From Nemertoderma westbladi (Eukaryota > Animalia > Xenacoelomorpha): DNA of 64,000 bases. Below are positions 26,071 through 39,733 of the stretch, one piece after another. Where the stretch lies: assembly GCA_032718475.1 (NCBI GenBank), contig JAUCBJ010002979.1, positions 1,566 to 65,565 of the forward strand, given 5' to 3'. How positions within the stretch are numbered: position 1 is the stretch's first letter; every line of letters starts with the position of its first letter. The notes beneath the pieces are model-generated. The model saw only the letters and a program-made list of their open reading frames with translations. It was not told the origin of the DNA and searched no databases. The position numbers and the translations under genes are program-made.

Positions 26071-28595
26071 GAGTAAGTAAGACTATGTCTTTGGTGTAAG
26101 TAAGACTATATCTTTGGTGTAAGTAAGACTAAATCTTTGGTGTAAGTAAGACTATATCTTTGGTGTAAGTAAGACTATATCTTTGGTGTAAGTAAGACTA
26201 TATCTTTGGTGTAAGTAAGACCATCTTTGGTGTAAGTAAGACTAAATCTTTGGTGTAAGTAAGACTAAATCTTTGGTGTAAGTAAGACTATATCTTTGGT
26301 GTAAGTAAGACTATATCTTTGGTGTAAGTAAGACTATATCTTTGGTGTAAGTAAGACCATCTTTGGTGTAAGTAAGACTAAATCTTTGGTGTAAGTAAGA
26401 CTAAATCTTTGGTGTAAGTAAGACTATATCTTTGGTGTAAGTAAGACCATCTTTGGTGTAAGTAAGACTAAATCTTTGGTGTAAGTAAGACTAAATCTTT
26501 GGTGTAAGTAAGACTATATCTTTGGTGTAAGTAAGACTATATCTTTGGTGTAAGTAAGACTATATCTTTGGTATAAGTAAGACCATATTTGGTATAAGTA
26601 AGACCATCTTTGGTGTAAGTAAAACTATATCTTTGGTATAAGTAAGACCATCTTTGGTATAAGTAAGACCATCTTTGGTGTAAGTAAGACTATATCTTTG
26701 GTGTAAGTAATACCATCTTTGGTGTAAGTAAGACTATATCTTTGGTATAAGTAAGACCATCTTTGGTATAAGTAAGACCATCTTTGGTGTAAGTAAGACT
26801 ATATCTTTGGTATAAGTAAGACCATCTTTGGTATAAGTAAGACCATCTTTGGTGTAAGTAAGACTATATCTTTGGTGTAAGTAAGACTATATCTTTGGTG
26901 TAAGTAAGACTATATCTTTGGTATAAGTAAGACCATATTTGGTATAAGTAAGACCATCTTTGGTGTAAGTAAGACTATATCTTTGGTATAAGTAAGACTA
27001 TATCTTTGGTGTAAGTAAGACTAAATCTTTGGTGTAAGTAAGACTAAATCTTTGGTGTAAGTAAGACTATATCTTTGGTATAAGTAAGACCATCTTTGGT
27101 GTAAGTAAGACTATATCTTTGGTATAAGTAAGACCATCTTTGGTATAAGTAAGACCATCTTTGGTGTAAGTAAGACTATATCTTTGGTGTAAGTAAGACT
27201 AAATCTTTGGTGTAAGTAAGACTAAATCTTTGGTGTAAGTAAGACTAAATCTTTGGTGTAAGTAAGACCATCTTTGGTGTAAGTAAGACTAAATCTTTGG
27301 TGTAAGTAAGACTATGTCTTTGGTGTAAGTAAGACTAAATCTTTGGTGTAAGTAAGACTAAATCTTTGGTGTAAGTAAGACTAAATCTTTGGTGTAAGTA
27401 AGACTATGTCTTTGGTGTAAGTAAGACTAAATCTTTGGTGTAAGTAAGACTAAATCTTTGGTGTAAGTAAGACTAAATCTTTGGTGTAAGTAAGACTAAA
27501 TCTTTGGTGTAAGTAAGACCATCTTTGGTGTAAGTAAGACTAAATCTTTGGTGTAAGTAAGACTATGTCTTTGATGTAAGTAAGACTAAATCTTTGGTGT
27601 AAGTAAGACTAAATCTTTGGTGTAAGTAAGACTATGTCTTTGGTGTAAGTAAGACTAAATCTTTGGTGTAAGTAAGACTAAATCTTTGGTGTAAGTAAGA
27701 CTAAATCTTTGGTGTAAGTAAGACCATCTTTGGTATAAGTAAGACCATCTTTGGTGTAAGTAAGACTAAATCTTTGGTGTAAGTAAGACTATATCTTTGG
27801 TGTAAGTAAGACCATCTTTGGTGTAAGTAAGACTAAATCTTTGGTGTAAGTAAGACTAAATCTTTGGTGTAAGTAAGACTATATCTTTGGTGTAAGTAAG
27901 ACTATATCTTTGGTGTAAGTAAGACTATATCTTTGGTATAAGTAAGACCATATTTGGTATAAGTAAGACCATCTTTGGTGTAAGTAAAACTATATCTTTG
28001 GTATAAGTAAGACCATCTTTGGTATAAGTAAGACCATCTTTGGTGTAAGTAAGACTATATCTTTGGTGTAAGTAATACCATCTTTGGTGTAAGTAAGACT
28101 ATATCTTTGGTATAAGTAAGACCATCTTTGGTATAAGTAAGACCATCTTTGGTGTAAGTAAGACTATATCTTTGGTATAAGTAAGACCATCTTTGGTATA
28201 AGTAAGACTATATCTTTGGTGTAAGTAAGACTATATCTTTGGTGTAAGTAAGACTATATCTTTGGTATAAGTAAGACCATATTTGGTATAAGTAAGACCA
28301 TCTTTGGTATAAGTAAGACCATCTTTGGTATAAGTAAGACTATATCTTTGGTGTAAGTAAGACTAAATCTTTGGTGTAAGTAAGACTAAATCTTTGGTGT
28401 AAGTAAGACTATATCTTTGGTATAAGTAAGACCATCTTTGGTGTAAGTAAGACTAAATCTTTGGTGTAAGTAAGACTAAATCTTTGGTGTAAGTAAGACT
28501 AAATCTTTGGTGTAAGTAAGACTAAATCTTTGGTGTAAGTAAGACTATATCTTTGGTGTAAGTAAGACTATATCTTTGGTGTAAGTAAGACTATA
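26071..28595 (+). repeat. 21/23-bp minisatellite (~110 copies) filling almost all of CCDC83 intron 7; most units carry GTAAGT
   Basis: Units GTAAGTAAGACTATATCTTTGGT and GTAAGTAAGACCATCTTTGGT, with ATAAGT variants. Starts 24 nt after the donor at 26047. Confidence 0.95.
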
Positions 28596-28667
28596 ATCTA
28601 TGCTGTCTATGATATCTATGAATAGTACCAAGTTGTGTTTTTAACTAACTCAAATTTAATATCACAG

Positions 28668-28841
28668 GAATACCTAAAACTCGCACCGGTGGAACTCAAA
28701 TTGCTCAGCGTTGAGGGAACGACAATGCCAATCCACGGCCGACCTAGATTGACCTCACTCGAGTTCGATGCTCAAAAACACAACCCTCCCACCTACCCCG
28801 TTACCCAACCTATGCTACATAACCTTATGAACTCGTGCTGA
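28668..28841 (+). CDS. CCDC83: CCDC83-like terminal exon
   Basis: atcacag| acceptor. Encodes EYLKLAPVELKLLSVEGTTMPIH...NLMNSC*, matching human [23 protein letters not shown]. Confidence 0.88.
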   Translation, partial: EYLKLAPVELKLLSVEGTTMPIHGRPRLTSLEFDAQKHNPPTYPVTQPMLHNLMNSC

Positions 28842-30218
28842 CAACCTGCATTTTTAACAGTATTTTTGTTGCTTATACCACAATATTTCGTTTCCTCATC
28901 AACCAACATTTAATTATAATTTGCAATGTATATGATTATATAATAATTGTAACTTTGATTCGAAATTTTGATACGAAAATACAATATGAAACACAAACAT
29001 TAATTATTTGTATTAGGCCTCTACAATACGAAAAGGTCAACTACTATATACTCTGATTGGCTACTACTAACTGTCGGCCTACCTACCAGCATTGCAACTG
29101 ATTTATATGTGTCTTTTAAGAGTCGTCTCAAGAAACTATGGTCTGTCCACGTTGCTTATTATCTCCATGGGGTTGTCAATACTCAAGATTGTGCACAGGC
29201 TGGTCCTCGCGTCCAAAGCAATGTCCCCCGAAGCGGAGGCGGCTCTGTTTAAGTCACAAGAAGCTTGTGGGAAATAATGAGACACATACACTGCTATACA
29301 GGGTCTGTTCGGAGGGTGTGTGGTGGAGTTATATTTAACCAAATGAACGCGAAAATAGAAATCCTACGAAATGCAAATATTTAATGAATATTTAAAATAA
29401 AAAAAATTAATATTTAATATTTAATTTAATTTCGTATCGCATCCTGCCAGAGGTCCCTTTGCATATGGGTACTGGACGTATGGATCCTGCGATTCCTGAA
29501 CTAAGGCTCAACGAACGTATTGAACTTGTCCAACAGAGAAGCGCAAACTACGGTATTATTGTCGGAGAAGAAGTCAAGTTTTCTTAATTTATAATCTAAA
29601 TAGGTAAAAAACAATGATGTATCAAGTTAATATTTCAATCATTGAATGTGAAATAGTAAATAATAACACTTATTTAATTTATTTGTTTATTCCCACACCG
29701 TGTTAGCGGATTATAACGAACCTGCCTATTAATAGGCCAGCGTAGTTCTTGTCAAGAGTTGAGCCGTTCAAAAACACGATGTGGTTATGTGTGTGTGTAT
29801 ATGTGTATAACCATCCAATATCTCAAAAACTCAAGCAGGTACGCAAAAATTTTAATAACAAACTCTCCATAAATTTTGGTTGCGCACAAGACTGTATATT
29901 TTTTGTGGCGTTTCGATCACGGGGTCACTGAAAAATAGCGGTTTTGAAAATTTAAAGTTGAATTTCACCGATTTCAACTCGTCGAGTAGGCACCAACTCT
30001 TTTATTTGAGATATTCAGTCATCTGAGCAACATATTTGAGCCTCAGAATCTTTTCAAATATCGCCAATCTCGCACAGAACGTCGCCAAAATTTGTTAGTA
30101 GGGGAAAAAAACCCACAAATTCGTCTAAAAGAGTAAATTATTTAGTTGCGCAATAATATGATTCAACTAGAAAAGCCAGCCAGCTGGCTGTAAGGAGACC
30201 GTCCATATAGACAAACGT

Positions 30219-32391
30219 TATGGCATACTTTTAGTATTTTTATTCGACATTTTATTTCCCCTTGATATTCTTCTGAATTTAGTCGCGAGATAAATGATTA
30301 AACTCGCGAGAAAATTATCAAACTCGCGAGAAAATTATTATTCTCACGAGAAAATCATTAAACTCGCGAGAAAAATGATTAAACTCGCGAACAAATAATT
30401 AATCTCGCGAGGTAAATGATTAAACTCGCGAGAAAATAATTAAACTCGCGAGAAAATAATTAATCTCGCGAGATAAATGATTAAACTCGCGAGAAAATGA
30501 TTAAACTCGCGAGATAAATGATTAAACTCGCGAGAAAATAATTAATCTCGCGAGATAAATGATTAAACTCGCGAGAAAATAATTAAACTCTCGAGAATAT
30601 AATTAATCTCGCGAGATAAATGATTAAACTCGCGAGATAAATGATTAAACTCGCGAGAAAATTATCAAACTCGCGAGAAAATTATTATTCTCACGAGAAA
30701 ATCATTAAACTCGCGAGGAGAAAATGATTAAACTCGCGAACAAATAATTAATCTCGCGAGGTAAATGATTAAACTCGCGAGAAAAATACACATCTCACGA
30801 AAAAAGTCGCGATTGGCTGTTAATTGGGACAGTAGGAAACGGCCATCCAATAGCAGCAGAGGAAATACCCTTACACGTGCAATAGGGATATATATAATAG
30901 ATATTAAATAGGCCTTCTTTCTATATCATTCATTTCAGCATACCGTAACATTATCTCTGCCTCCTGTCTGTATTAAGGGGCATCGTGTCGAGTTTAGGGA
31001 AGCATGTTTGTTTATACAAGCCAGAGTTGCAATATTGTATTTGTACTTTGGTACAATAGCCATTTGGGCTGCCTGGCGCGCGGCGCTGCGCGGTGCGGCG
31101 GTCCCTATTCTGGACTGAATTTTTGTTTAGCAGTAGTCAGATGCATGATTTCTACTTAATGTGATTCTTTTAAATTCAATAAAAATTAATAATTCAACAA
31201 ACCATTAAATTGATGCACTATATTAAGTGGTGATACAGTTTATTATTAGCGCCCATGGGCCCATGTGAAGAATACCAGGATTTCACTTTTCGGACGACCT
31301 TTTATTGGAATTTTATATAAAGATTGTTATTTTTTTTTATTTATCTTTATTAAATGTTTTATAGCGTTTATTTCTGTCTTATAACCTGTACATACATATA
31401 CTATTTCGTTTATTGTTTTGGTTAAATTCAGCCCTTCTGTAACCTGTGTTTTTGGTTAAAACCTGGTATTCTTCACATGGGGGTAACTGCAAAGTGAAAT
31501 ATAGCGGCAGAAAGTCTGGTATTCTTCATATGGGCCATTATTAGTATTATGCTGTTGATACGTTGGCTGAATTGGGCCAAATAAAAGTCGCCTCTAAAAG
31601 TCGCGTTACGGCTAATTGTCGCGTTACAGCTAAATTTTTGAGAGATTAGCCATAACGCGACTTTCAAAGTCGCGGTACGGCTACTCAAAATGTTGCGTTA
31701 TGGCTAATCTATTGTCTTGGTTTTATAAAGGGAATCATTATCAATATTATTCTATGGTGTTTACGTACATATGAGGTCCGAAAAATGTAATGTAATAATG
31801 TTTTACAGCGTGGGAGTATCTGGGGGGGGGGGGGGGGATTAATCATTTATCTCGCGAGATTATTTAATTTCTCGCGAGTTTAATCATTTATCTCGCGAGA
31901 TTAATTAATTTCTCGCGAGTTTAATCATTTATCTCACGAGATTCTTTAATTTCTCGCGAGTTTAATCATTTATCTCGCGAGATTAATTAATTTCTCGCGA
32001 GTTTAATAATTTATCTCGCGAGATTAATTATTTTCTCGCGAGTTTAATCATTTATCTCGCGAGTTTAATCTTTTATCTTGCGAGATTAATTATTTTCTCG
32101 CGAGTTTAATTATTTTCTCGCGAGATTAATTATTTTCTCGCGAGTTTAATCATTTATCTCGCGAAATTAATTATTTTTTCACGAGTTTAATCATTTATCT
32201 CGCGAGATTTATAATTGTCTCGCGAGTTTAATCATTTTTCTCGCGATTTTAATGATTTTCTCGTGAGAATAATAATTTTCTCGCGAGTTTGATAATTTTC
32301 TCGCGAGTTTAATCATTTATCTCGCGACTAAATTCAGAAGAATATCAAGGGGAATTAAAATGTTGAATGAAAATACTAAAAGTATGCCATA
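30219..32391. mobile_element. Non-autonomous foldback DNA transposon, IS3EU-like (TATGG...CCATA termini, 6-bp TSD AAACGT), with subterminal ~20-bp CTCGCGAG tandem arrays
   Basis: AAACGT|TATGGCATACTTTTAGTATTTT...AAAATACTAAAAGTATGCCATA|AAACGT. Arrays at ~30284-30800 and 31838-32327 are mutually inverted. Confidence 0.85.
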
Positions 32392-34274
32392 AAACGTAGT
32401 GTTAGTTGGGACCCTCCTCATTCATTATCATCAACTCCCTCCCACCTAACATAGCAGTGAGTAACCTTATTGATTGTTGTCATAGGATTCACTGGGAAGA
32501 GCTATTCATCTGGTGGGGTAATACATTATACAGTACACGTTCGTGGGGCCTTCGCGCAGCACGAGGCCCAGTTATGAGATACAAATTAAAATTGAGCGAC
32601 TGTATCACAAAATCAGGTTTTGAGAAATTTACCCACACCACCAATCAATCAAAGAAAGGGGGACAGTACGTGTTCACCCCTTTTAATCCCCCCCCCCCCC
32701 CCCCACCCTTCCCAACCACCAATACATAACCGCGACATCTACCACCCACGGAAGGGTAGCACGAACTTATTTCCAATCGCACGTTCAATATGCAAAGCCA
32801 GGTGGTTTATAGGAATATAATAAACGCAGTACTCGTATTCATTATAAGCCTCGTTGCGTTCGTCCTGTTTTGTATTTAAATATATTTCTTAAACGCAGGC
32901 TAGGACGTTCTTTATAATAATAATAACTAGGGATGCGATCAATATGTGAAGCCAGGTGGTTTATATAATAATTTAGTCAACGCAGTACTCGTCTTCATTA
33001 TATGCCTCGTTGCGCTCGTCGCTTGTCCTGTTTTGTTATAAAATATTTTTCCTAAACGCAGACTGACGATCTTTATACAGTTATAACTATGCGAAGTTTC
33101 GAAACTGTGCGAGTAACTGTTGATACATCTATGTGGATATGTGTGATATGTGGAGATGTGTGATACAACGCCAACGCATCTTATGCCGATGTAGTAATAT
33201 GGGTATTGAAATAATATTAAATTAATGTACACTCTTAAAGCTGCAGCGAAAAAATGTAGCTAATTTCCTAGGTTACATATAAAATAATAATATTATTTTT
33301 AAGAACATTAATTTTACTACTTTGCAAAAATTCAATTAAAAAATAACCAGACATATACATTGTGGAATAAACTATTTCAGAAGCCTACACAACAGCCATG
33401 CCATGGATAGTATTTATGTTATGATATCTGTCATTCACCTGAGATAGCAATACAACATTTATAGTGAATTTAAAGAATGCTGTCTGGGCTGGAATAGCAA
33501 TGCTGGTTGTCTATTACTATTCCTCTCTGGTTAGTCTTAGCAACAACTCCCAGCCAGCAGCAGAGACTTGACCAATAATCATTCCCAGCAACTGGGAATG
33601 ACACACACATCCCATCTATGTACCAGCATGTTGGCCAATAAATGAGCAGTATTTAATGAGAATAAGTTTTTTTTGCCGTTTTAATTACTTTAGATCAATT
33701 AAAGACACAATTATTAAAGCAAATCACTTGAACTAATTAAAAACTATAATAGAATGGCGTATGGGGATTACATCTGTATAATTTTTAATTATAATTATTT
33801 AAATCTTATACTGTAAAACAATTAATTTCCTTTAAAAGGCAGGTTGAAAATGGTGTTTTTACCGTAATAACTTAATTAACTAATTAACTGCTATTATCTT
33901 AGCTTCTCGAAGGCCACACTGAAATTCTACTTGGAAAATTTCTAAACTTTTGCCAAACAACATGTGTACCAAGTTTGGATAGATTTCATCAAAGATTGGC
34001 CGAGTTATTAACGTTTAAAATTGAACACGACAGAACGACAGAACGACAGAACGACAGAACGACAGGTTGATTAATGGTACCACTACGCTAAGGCTCACTC
34101 ACTTCGTGGCTCGCCCCACAAACTTACAGTTGATGTTTGATTACTGTCTGGGTTAGAGTGAGATAGTAATAAATTTGGCAAGTAATAGGAGTACCAGCAG
34201 CTGGTGTTTATATCGTTGAGTTGATGGCAATTATCGTGTTTTCATTTTCGCTCACTCATGGTACTGGTTTGAGG

Positions 34275-34312
34275 GGCAGGTTCGTTTAAAGCCAGCTTGC
34301 TGGCTTTCTAGT
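34275..34312 (+). mobile_element. Helitron-like 3' end (hairpin + CTAG); a similar inverted end lies at 30166-30189
   Basis: AAAGCCAGC-TT-GCTGGCTTT-CTAG|T, with a (GACAGAAC)n microsatellite upstream at ~34029-34064. Confidence 0.45.
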
Positions 34313-35064
34313 TATCCTTAGTAAATGCGATTCTGCTACTAATTTTCCCGATCCACCCACCCACAATATATAAAGTGACCTAATTGCCCCAAGTTAACTT
34401 TTAAATCTTCCCGCCGAATACTGTCTGCATGTGATCTGATTGGTTAATAATAATAATGTCTGACACGAAGGATTTGAAATCCTCATTACATTCTGCTCAA
34501 GAAGAAACATAACAAATTTCTTAAATTTTGACCCGTGGGTATCCCCCCCCCCCCCCCCAAAAAAAAAAAAATATATATATTCAGGCCATTAAGTTAATTT
34601 AGTTAAATATTATTCGTTAGTCAGTTAGTAGTAATGTTTTTAAGATACTCATAATATTAATAAATATAATTAATTAAGTAACAGAAATGAATATAAACAA
34701 TACATTTAAGGTTGTTATAAAATAATTTATAAAGATAGTAAATCTAGTCCATGAGCTTCAATTTATAAAAATTACATACATTTTTTCACTTTAACTATCA
34801 ATTAAACATCAGTTACTTGCTTTACTGTACATGTAAATATATGGGTATTTTAAATCCATAATATAGTTTATCTAATAAATATTCGAATCTACTATACCGT
34901 TTACTATAACTATAACATTACATAAAAAAATATATTGCATTAAGGATAGGGTATTGGGAGACAGTGGAAATAATATATTTTAAGATTATTTATCACTCTT
35001 TTAGATTAAATTAATTATGTTTCTGTAGTTTCTGTAGTTTAGTTTCAGTACCGGTTCATGATAT

Positions 35065-35250
35065 TCAATCTTTTACCGCTTTACTTTTACCAGATCCGAT
35101 AAATTGGTTGAGTAGTTTCATTGCTATAGTCGGTTTCTCCGCTCGCGAGGAATTAAAGACCATGTGTCTCTGGGCGGTTGTCGTGGTAACGGATGGGTGC
35201 GGGGTAGAAGGTCGAGACTTCAACGGGTCGCGGAATGTTCGATTTTTCGT
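35065..35250 (-). CDS. Uncharacterised protein, terminal exon 7
   Basis: ttatttatag| acceptor, phase 0. Encodes TKNRTFRDPLKSRP...GSGKSKAVKD*. Confidence 0.65.
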   Translation of the reverse strand, partial: TKNRTFRDPLKSRPSTPHPSVTTTTAQRHMVFNSSRAEKPTIAMKLLNQFIGSGKSKAVKD

Positions 35251-36005
35251 CTATAAATAAATTAAATTGTAAAGTTAATTAGCTAAGGGAATAAAAGTAT
35301 GCCGACACATATGCCGACTGTTTTACAGTATACTTAGAAACCATTCCTACTTGAAATAGAGCTACCAAATACAACACTAATAACAGTAGTCCTATTCCTT
35401 TTATAAGGAGGAAGGAGGTTGTTATTATGTCGAAATTAAATACCGGGACATTTTTCCGCTGACGCCATGATGTAAATTTTCCGAGCGGATTTAATTATAC
35501 ATTAAAGGGGTTATATAGGCCTACAGTATAAGGGAAATAAAAGGTTTTCCGTCTCCGTTTGTTGCATTTTCACTTCCCCTAACACTCTGTAAACTATAGC
35601 ACCGGTAGGCATATTACCTATTGCGGTTTCAGCCTATTTTAACATATTAACTTAACTTCGCGAATATTTAATTTTGATATTCATCATTTAAGGTACCTTT
35701 TAAAGGAAGGTAGCAGGTTATAATGGCAGGCTTTTCTAACCAAAACAATAAACTAAATTTAGGAACACAGTTTACCGTAACATTTTTACTTCTAGGCACT
35801 AATTTTTCAATATTAATTTAACATTAACCCTATGAAAAGGCTGAAACGACACCCCAATTTGCTTTTTGCCACTGGTGGTGGTAGAGGATAGCCAAAGGCA
35901 TACAACTGCAAATAGTATTTGAACAATACAATTTGTGCATATTAATACAAAATGCATGCCATAATTATGAATAATTTATTATTGGTGTTTTGGGTGAATG
36001 AGTGG

Positions 36006-36258
36006 TTTCATATTATTATAACTTTATGTTGGGCACAGCTTTTGCAAAGTCGGCAATGACGTCCAGGTGGGATCAACCTGGTGACCTCCGGGTTGGAAGT
36101 CTGACGCTCTAACCATTCAGCTACCGGCTCAGGTAAAAGATAGACCTGAAAATACTATCTGATACCTTGTATGTCCGCAATTTACTGGATTTGTTTCTGG
36201 ACGTCATTGCTGTCTTTGCAAAAGCTGTGCCCAACATAAAGTTCTAATAATTATGAAA
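36006..36258. mobile_element. MITE with ~60-bp TIRs enclosing a tRNA-like segment
   Basis: ACTTTATGTTGGGCACAGCTTTTGCAAAG..CAATGACGTCCAG is inverted at 36197-36258. Minus strand 36063-36131 reads GGTAGCTGAATGGTTAGAGCG...CAGGTTGATCCC. Confidence 0.7.
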
Positions 36259-37161
36259 GCATATATGTTTTTTTATTTATTCAAATTCCAATATAATAAG
36301 GAGTTGGGGTGTGAGGGTTACGGGTAGATTACATTAGCATATAATCAGCATTTGTAACGCGAAATTAAATACCCACAGCTACACTTTGTCAGCTGAACAA
36401 CATTTCACTACTTATTGTCAATTGGAGTTACACATTAGTTATATCGTTAATTATTGTTCTATCTCTATTCAGTCAGTTAGTGTAACAAACAGTACATCAT
36501 TTATATATCGTATGTATCTACAGTATAGGGCCTATTGTCATCGTTATAAGACTGTCATCAACTCAGGCTCTAAGCTCAATTATAATGTAAATGCTTAGTA
36601 GGTTTTGTATATCTGGGACGTTTACAACAGCTGTCGATTAAACTAACAAAACCAGAAAACTGAACCAGGGTGCCAACCGGGTACCAACAGTTGTTATAGG
36701 TAGACTTAATGGAACATTTCACAAACTTTCATAGGAGGCTTCACCCTTGTACGTACATGTACATTATATTGGTTGCTCCGATGTTTTTATTAGGCTAACT
36801 GATAATGTATTAGGTATAAATAATTCGTGTCCTTTATTTTATTTATCTAATACAGAAAGACCCCTCCGCAGAACAATCTGCTCTTTTGGGCCGTTTTTCC
36901 CAGATTGCGGATATTTCATACATCGCAATAATTGTGATTATTTTTTGTTTGCCTAGGCAAGTCATTCTTGGTTTGCATCTTCCAATCCCATCTGTTTGTT
37001 GGAGTCTGTGTAAGACAGGTTCGTTTCAAGCCATCTTGATGGCGTTTTAGTCAAATATTAAAAATATAATAACGAGTTAGAACAAATTTATAGTACAACA
37101 TAACTGGAGTTGGAAACTAAACCTATTATAATTAAGATCAATGATAATACTCTTTACTTAC

Positions 37162-38648
37162 ATTCTGAAACTTTTGTAACAACTCAGAATTGCGATGTGG
37201 CATAGACATTGTCCTGGAGAGACGGCAACTCTCAATATCATCGTCTGGGTTCTCTGCGGTATCAACGTAACTAGACAGTTTACTGGAATATTTGGAGGAT
37301 TCTAAAGAAGCTATAGCTCGTATTCGTTGCAATCTCAATTCTTTACTTTCTGTCGATGTCGATGTTGTTAATTCCATTGCTGTCTTCCTAGGAGTTCTCT
37401 TTAATGTAAGGTTTTGCCATTCGGATGGTTTTCTTTCCACCGGCGGTTGTTCTATCTGTCGTTTGTCCGATACTGTCCGTTTTAGTTTCATATTCTTAAA
37501 TTCGGGTTCAAACTTTGTTATCGAAGGCGAGGTGATTGTCGTTCGATCCAGTGATTCGCGCCTTTTTAATGGTAAATCAACAAACTCTGGTTTATCACTG
37601 ATTGCTGTAGAATGTGTTTCGTTTGTTTCCTTGGGGACAGGTTTGAGTTCACTCAATCCGGGAATGACTACGGTGGGATTCTCTTCAATAATGGAGAGAG
37701 GTCGAGGCGGAATCGCTCGGGTTTCGCGTAAATGCACCTGAAATATTTCGCTCGCGTTCGTAACTTCTTCTGGATCACCCGAACCGACTAGTTTCGTTGG
37801 TTTCAACGCGGTTACATCAAACGGCAACTTTACATCGGTTAGGTCGCAGGTCTTTGGCCTTTCCCTTCGCGGTTTCAACCTCATGGTCCGGAATGTCGGT
37901 TCCTCTTTAGTTGAAATTTGAGTTTTACTTTCGAGTTTTCGAATAGTCCCCATAAGTGCAACTGCGTTGTTTTCCTCAATGTTATCCCCTGTGTGTTCAT
38001 CATGGATAACATCGTCCTCATTTGCTTCCGTTAATGTTGTTCTCAATTTGACCTTTGTAACAGCAATCTGAGGGTGAATCTTGTTTTGTTTTCGTTGTCG
38101 TTCTAATTTCATTAACGCGTCGTATCTGCGAAACGAAATATCCTGTTCATTGTTGACCACCCGAGGTGCGTTATCTGAGATATTCGGCTTCTGTGGAGTT
38201 TTCTTTAGATTAACATTACATAGTTCTGAGTCAGATTCCTCGGTAATGCTTCCTCTAGGGGAAGTAATTCGTGCTTCCCTTAACCTTAATTCCGAGAATG
38301 CCGGGACATTCCTTTGAGAGGACGATAGTTTTTGGTTCGATTTCTCGAGTTGGGAAATGGCTTCCATGTATTGGGTGCTGTAATCCGTCTTACCGATGAC
38401 ACCCGATCTACCGGAGGTCTGCCGTTTTTCTTTCTCCGATAATTGGTAGGTTTTGGCGGCTTTTAGGAACTGCTGGGTGTGTTCTGTTTCGCGTTCGATA
38501 CCGGATCGTGTTTCCCGAGAATGTGTTCCCATTTCATGTTCGCGTTCTTTCTCTAATCGGGTTATAGCTTCCATGAAGGTCGTCGAATATGGTGTGGCGT
38601 TAATAACTGTAGATTCATCAGCCGTTGATAATTTATTTGCTGTTGCAC
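37162..38648 (-). CDS. Uncharacterised protein, large exon 6 (contains the 478-aa ORF)
   Basis: ttttag| acceptor in frame with ORF 37138-38574. AAT|gtaagt donor at 37161. About 1.5 kb stop-free and non-repetitive. Confidence 0.8.
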
Positions 38649-39266
38649 CTAAAATTATAATTTAGAAATTTCACGCAAAGAAACTAGTCTAGAAACTTCC
38701 ATAGTCTAGTTAATGGCGCAAAATGACCGTAAATACTAACTTTTTTTTTGTTTGGAGGATTTAACGTTAATTTATTTTAATTTAAAACATCAAAGCAAAA
38801 GAGCAGTATAGAATGGCGGTATCTCGCCAATACAATAAATTTTATATCACTTGCGATAAATTGTCAATTTGCCCTGTAGATAACTTTTGCACCACTATTA
38901 GCCCTAGACTAAGCTTGTTGTGATATATTACCATGCGATGAAGCAAATATTTTCATGTTGTACAGTTTGTACTATAAGCATGGAGCTACCGTTACCGTAT
39001 AATAACTTGCTAATAAATTGGTAGTCAATTTAATAATACAATTAATTATAATAGCAGATGTGGAGCCCTCTTGGAGGAGAATAAGTAGGCCAACAACGTT
39101 CAGCTAACCGGAGCCTCATTCCAGTGCCGGAAGTAAGGATTTCATAGGCTTCTATACATTATTCCTACGCTTCTGGCCCACACGTCATGACACACCAATT
39201 TGGAAAACGACCATAGTGTAATAATTATTATGATCTAACACTAACTTAAATCTTTTACTCATTTGA

Positions 39267-39398
39267 ATCTTACACCCCACTATATTACAACTATCTTACA
39301 CCCCCACTATATTACAACTATCTTACACCCCCACTATATTACAACTATCTTACACCCCCACTATATTACAACTATCTTACACCCCCACTATATTACAA
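39267..39398. repeat. 27-bp tandem repeat x~5
   Basis: Unit CTTACACCCCCACTATATTACAACTAT. Confidence 0.85.
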
Positions 39399-39733
39399 AA
39401 TGTTTTGGGCTTGATGTCCTGATTCAATGTTTTTTGTAATTTGTGGGGTGTAAAACTCAACAGAGTAAAACCTTAGTTAGATTACATTAACAGCCCCCAA
39501 ATTCATTTCTAGTTATAACTTAGATAGAATAATTATAAACGTTCGATAATGGCTCACAGTTCTGTCTCTGTTCAACATTCATTAAACGATAAAGTTAACT
39601 AATAATATTATTTAGAAATTCCGTCGTGAGAAAATTTGGGAGGGAATTCTAGGTACGGAGTAAGTGACCGAGACCACTGTTTGTAATTATATAAGGACAA
39701 CAATTTATGTGTTCAATTTGAACGACAACCAAC

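Noticed and set aside
32784-33080. ~135-bp diverged direct duplication
   Set aside because: No LTR hallmarks, coding content or TSD. It looks like an ordinary local duplication.
37138-37161. ORF end VSKEYYH* as the true C-terminus
   Set aside because: It begins at a consensus GTAAGT donor, and an in-phase terminal exon exists at 35065-35250. It could still be an intron-retention isoform.
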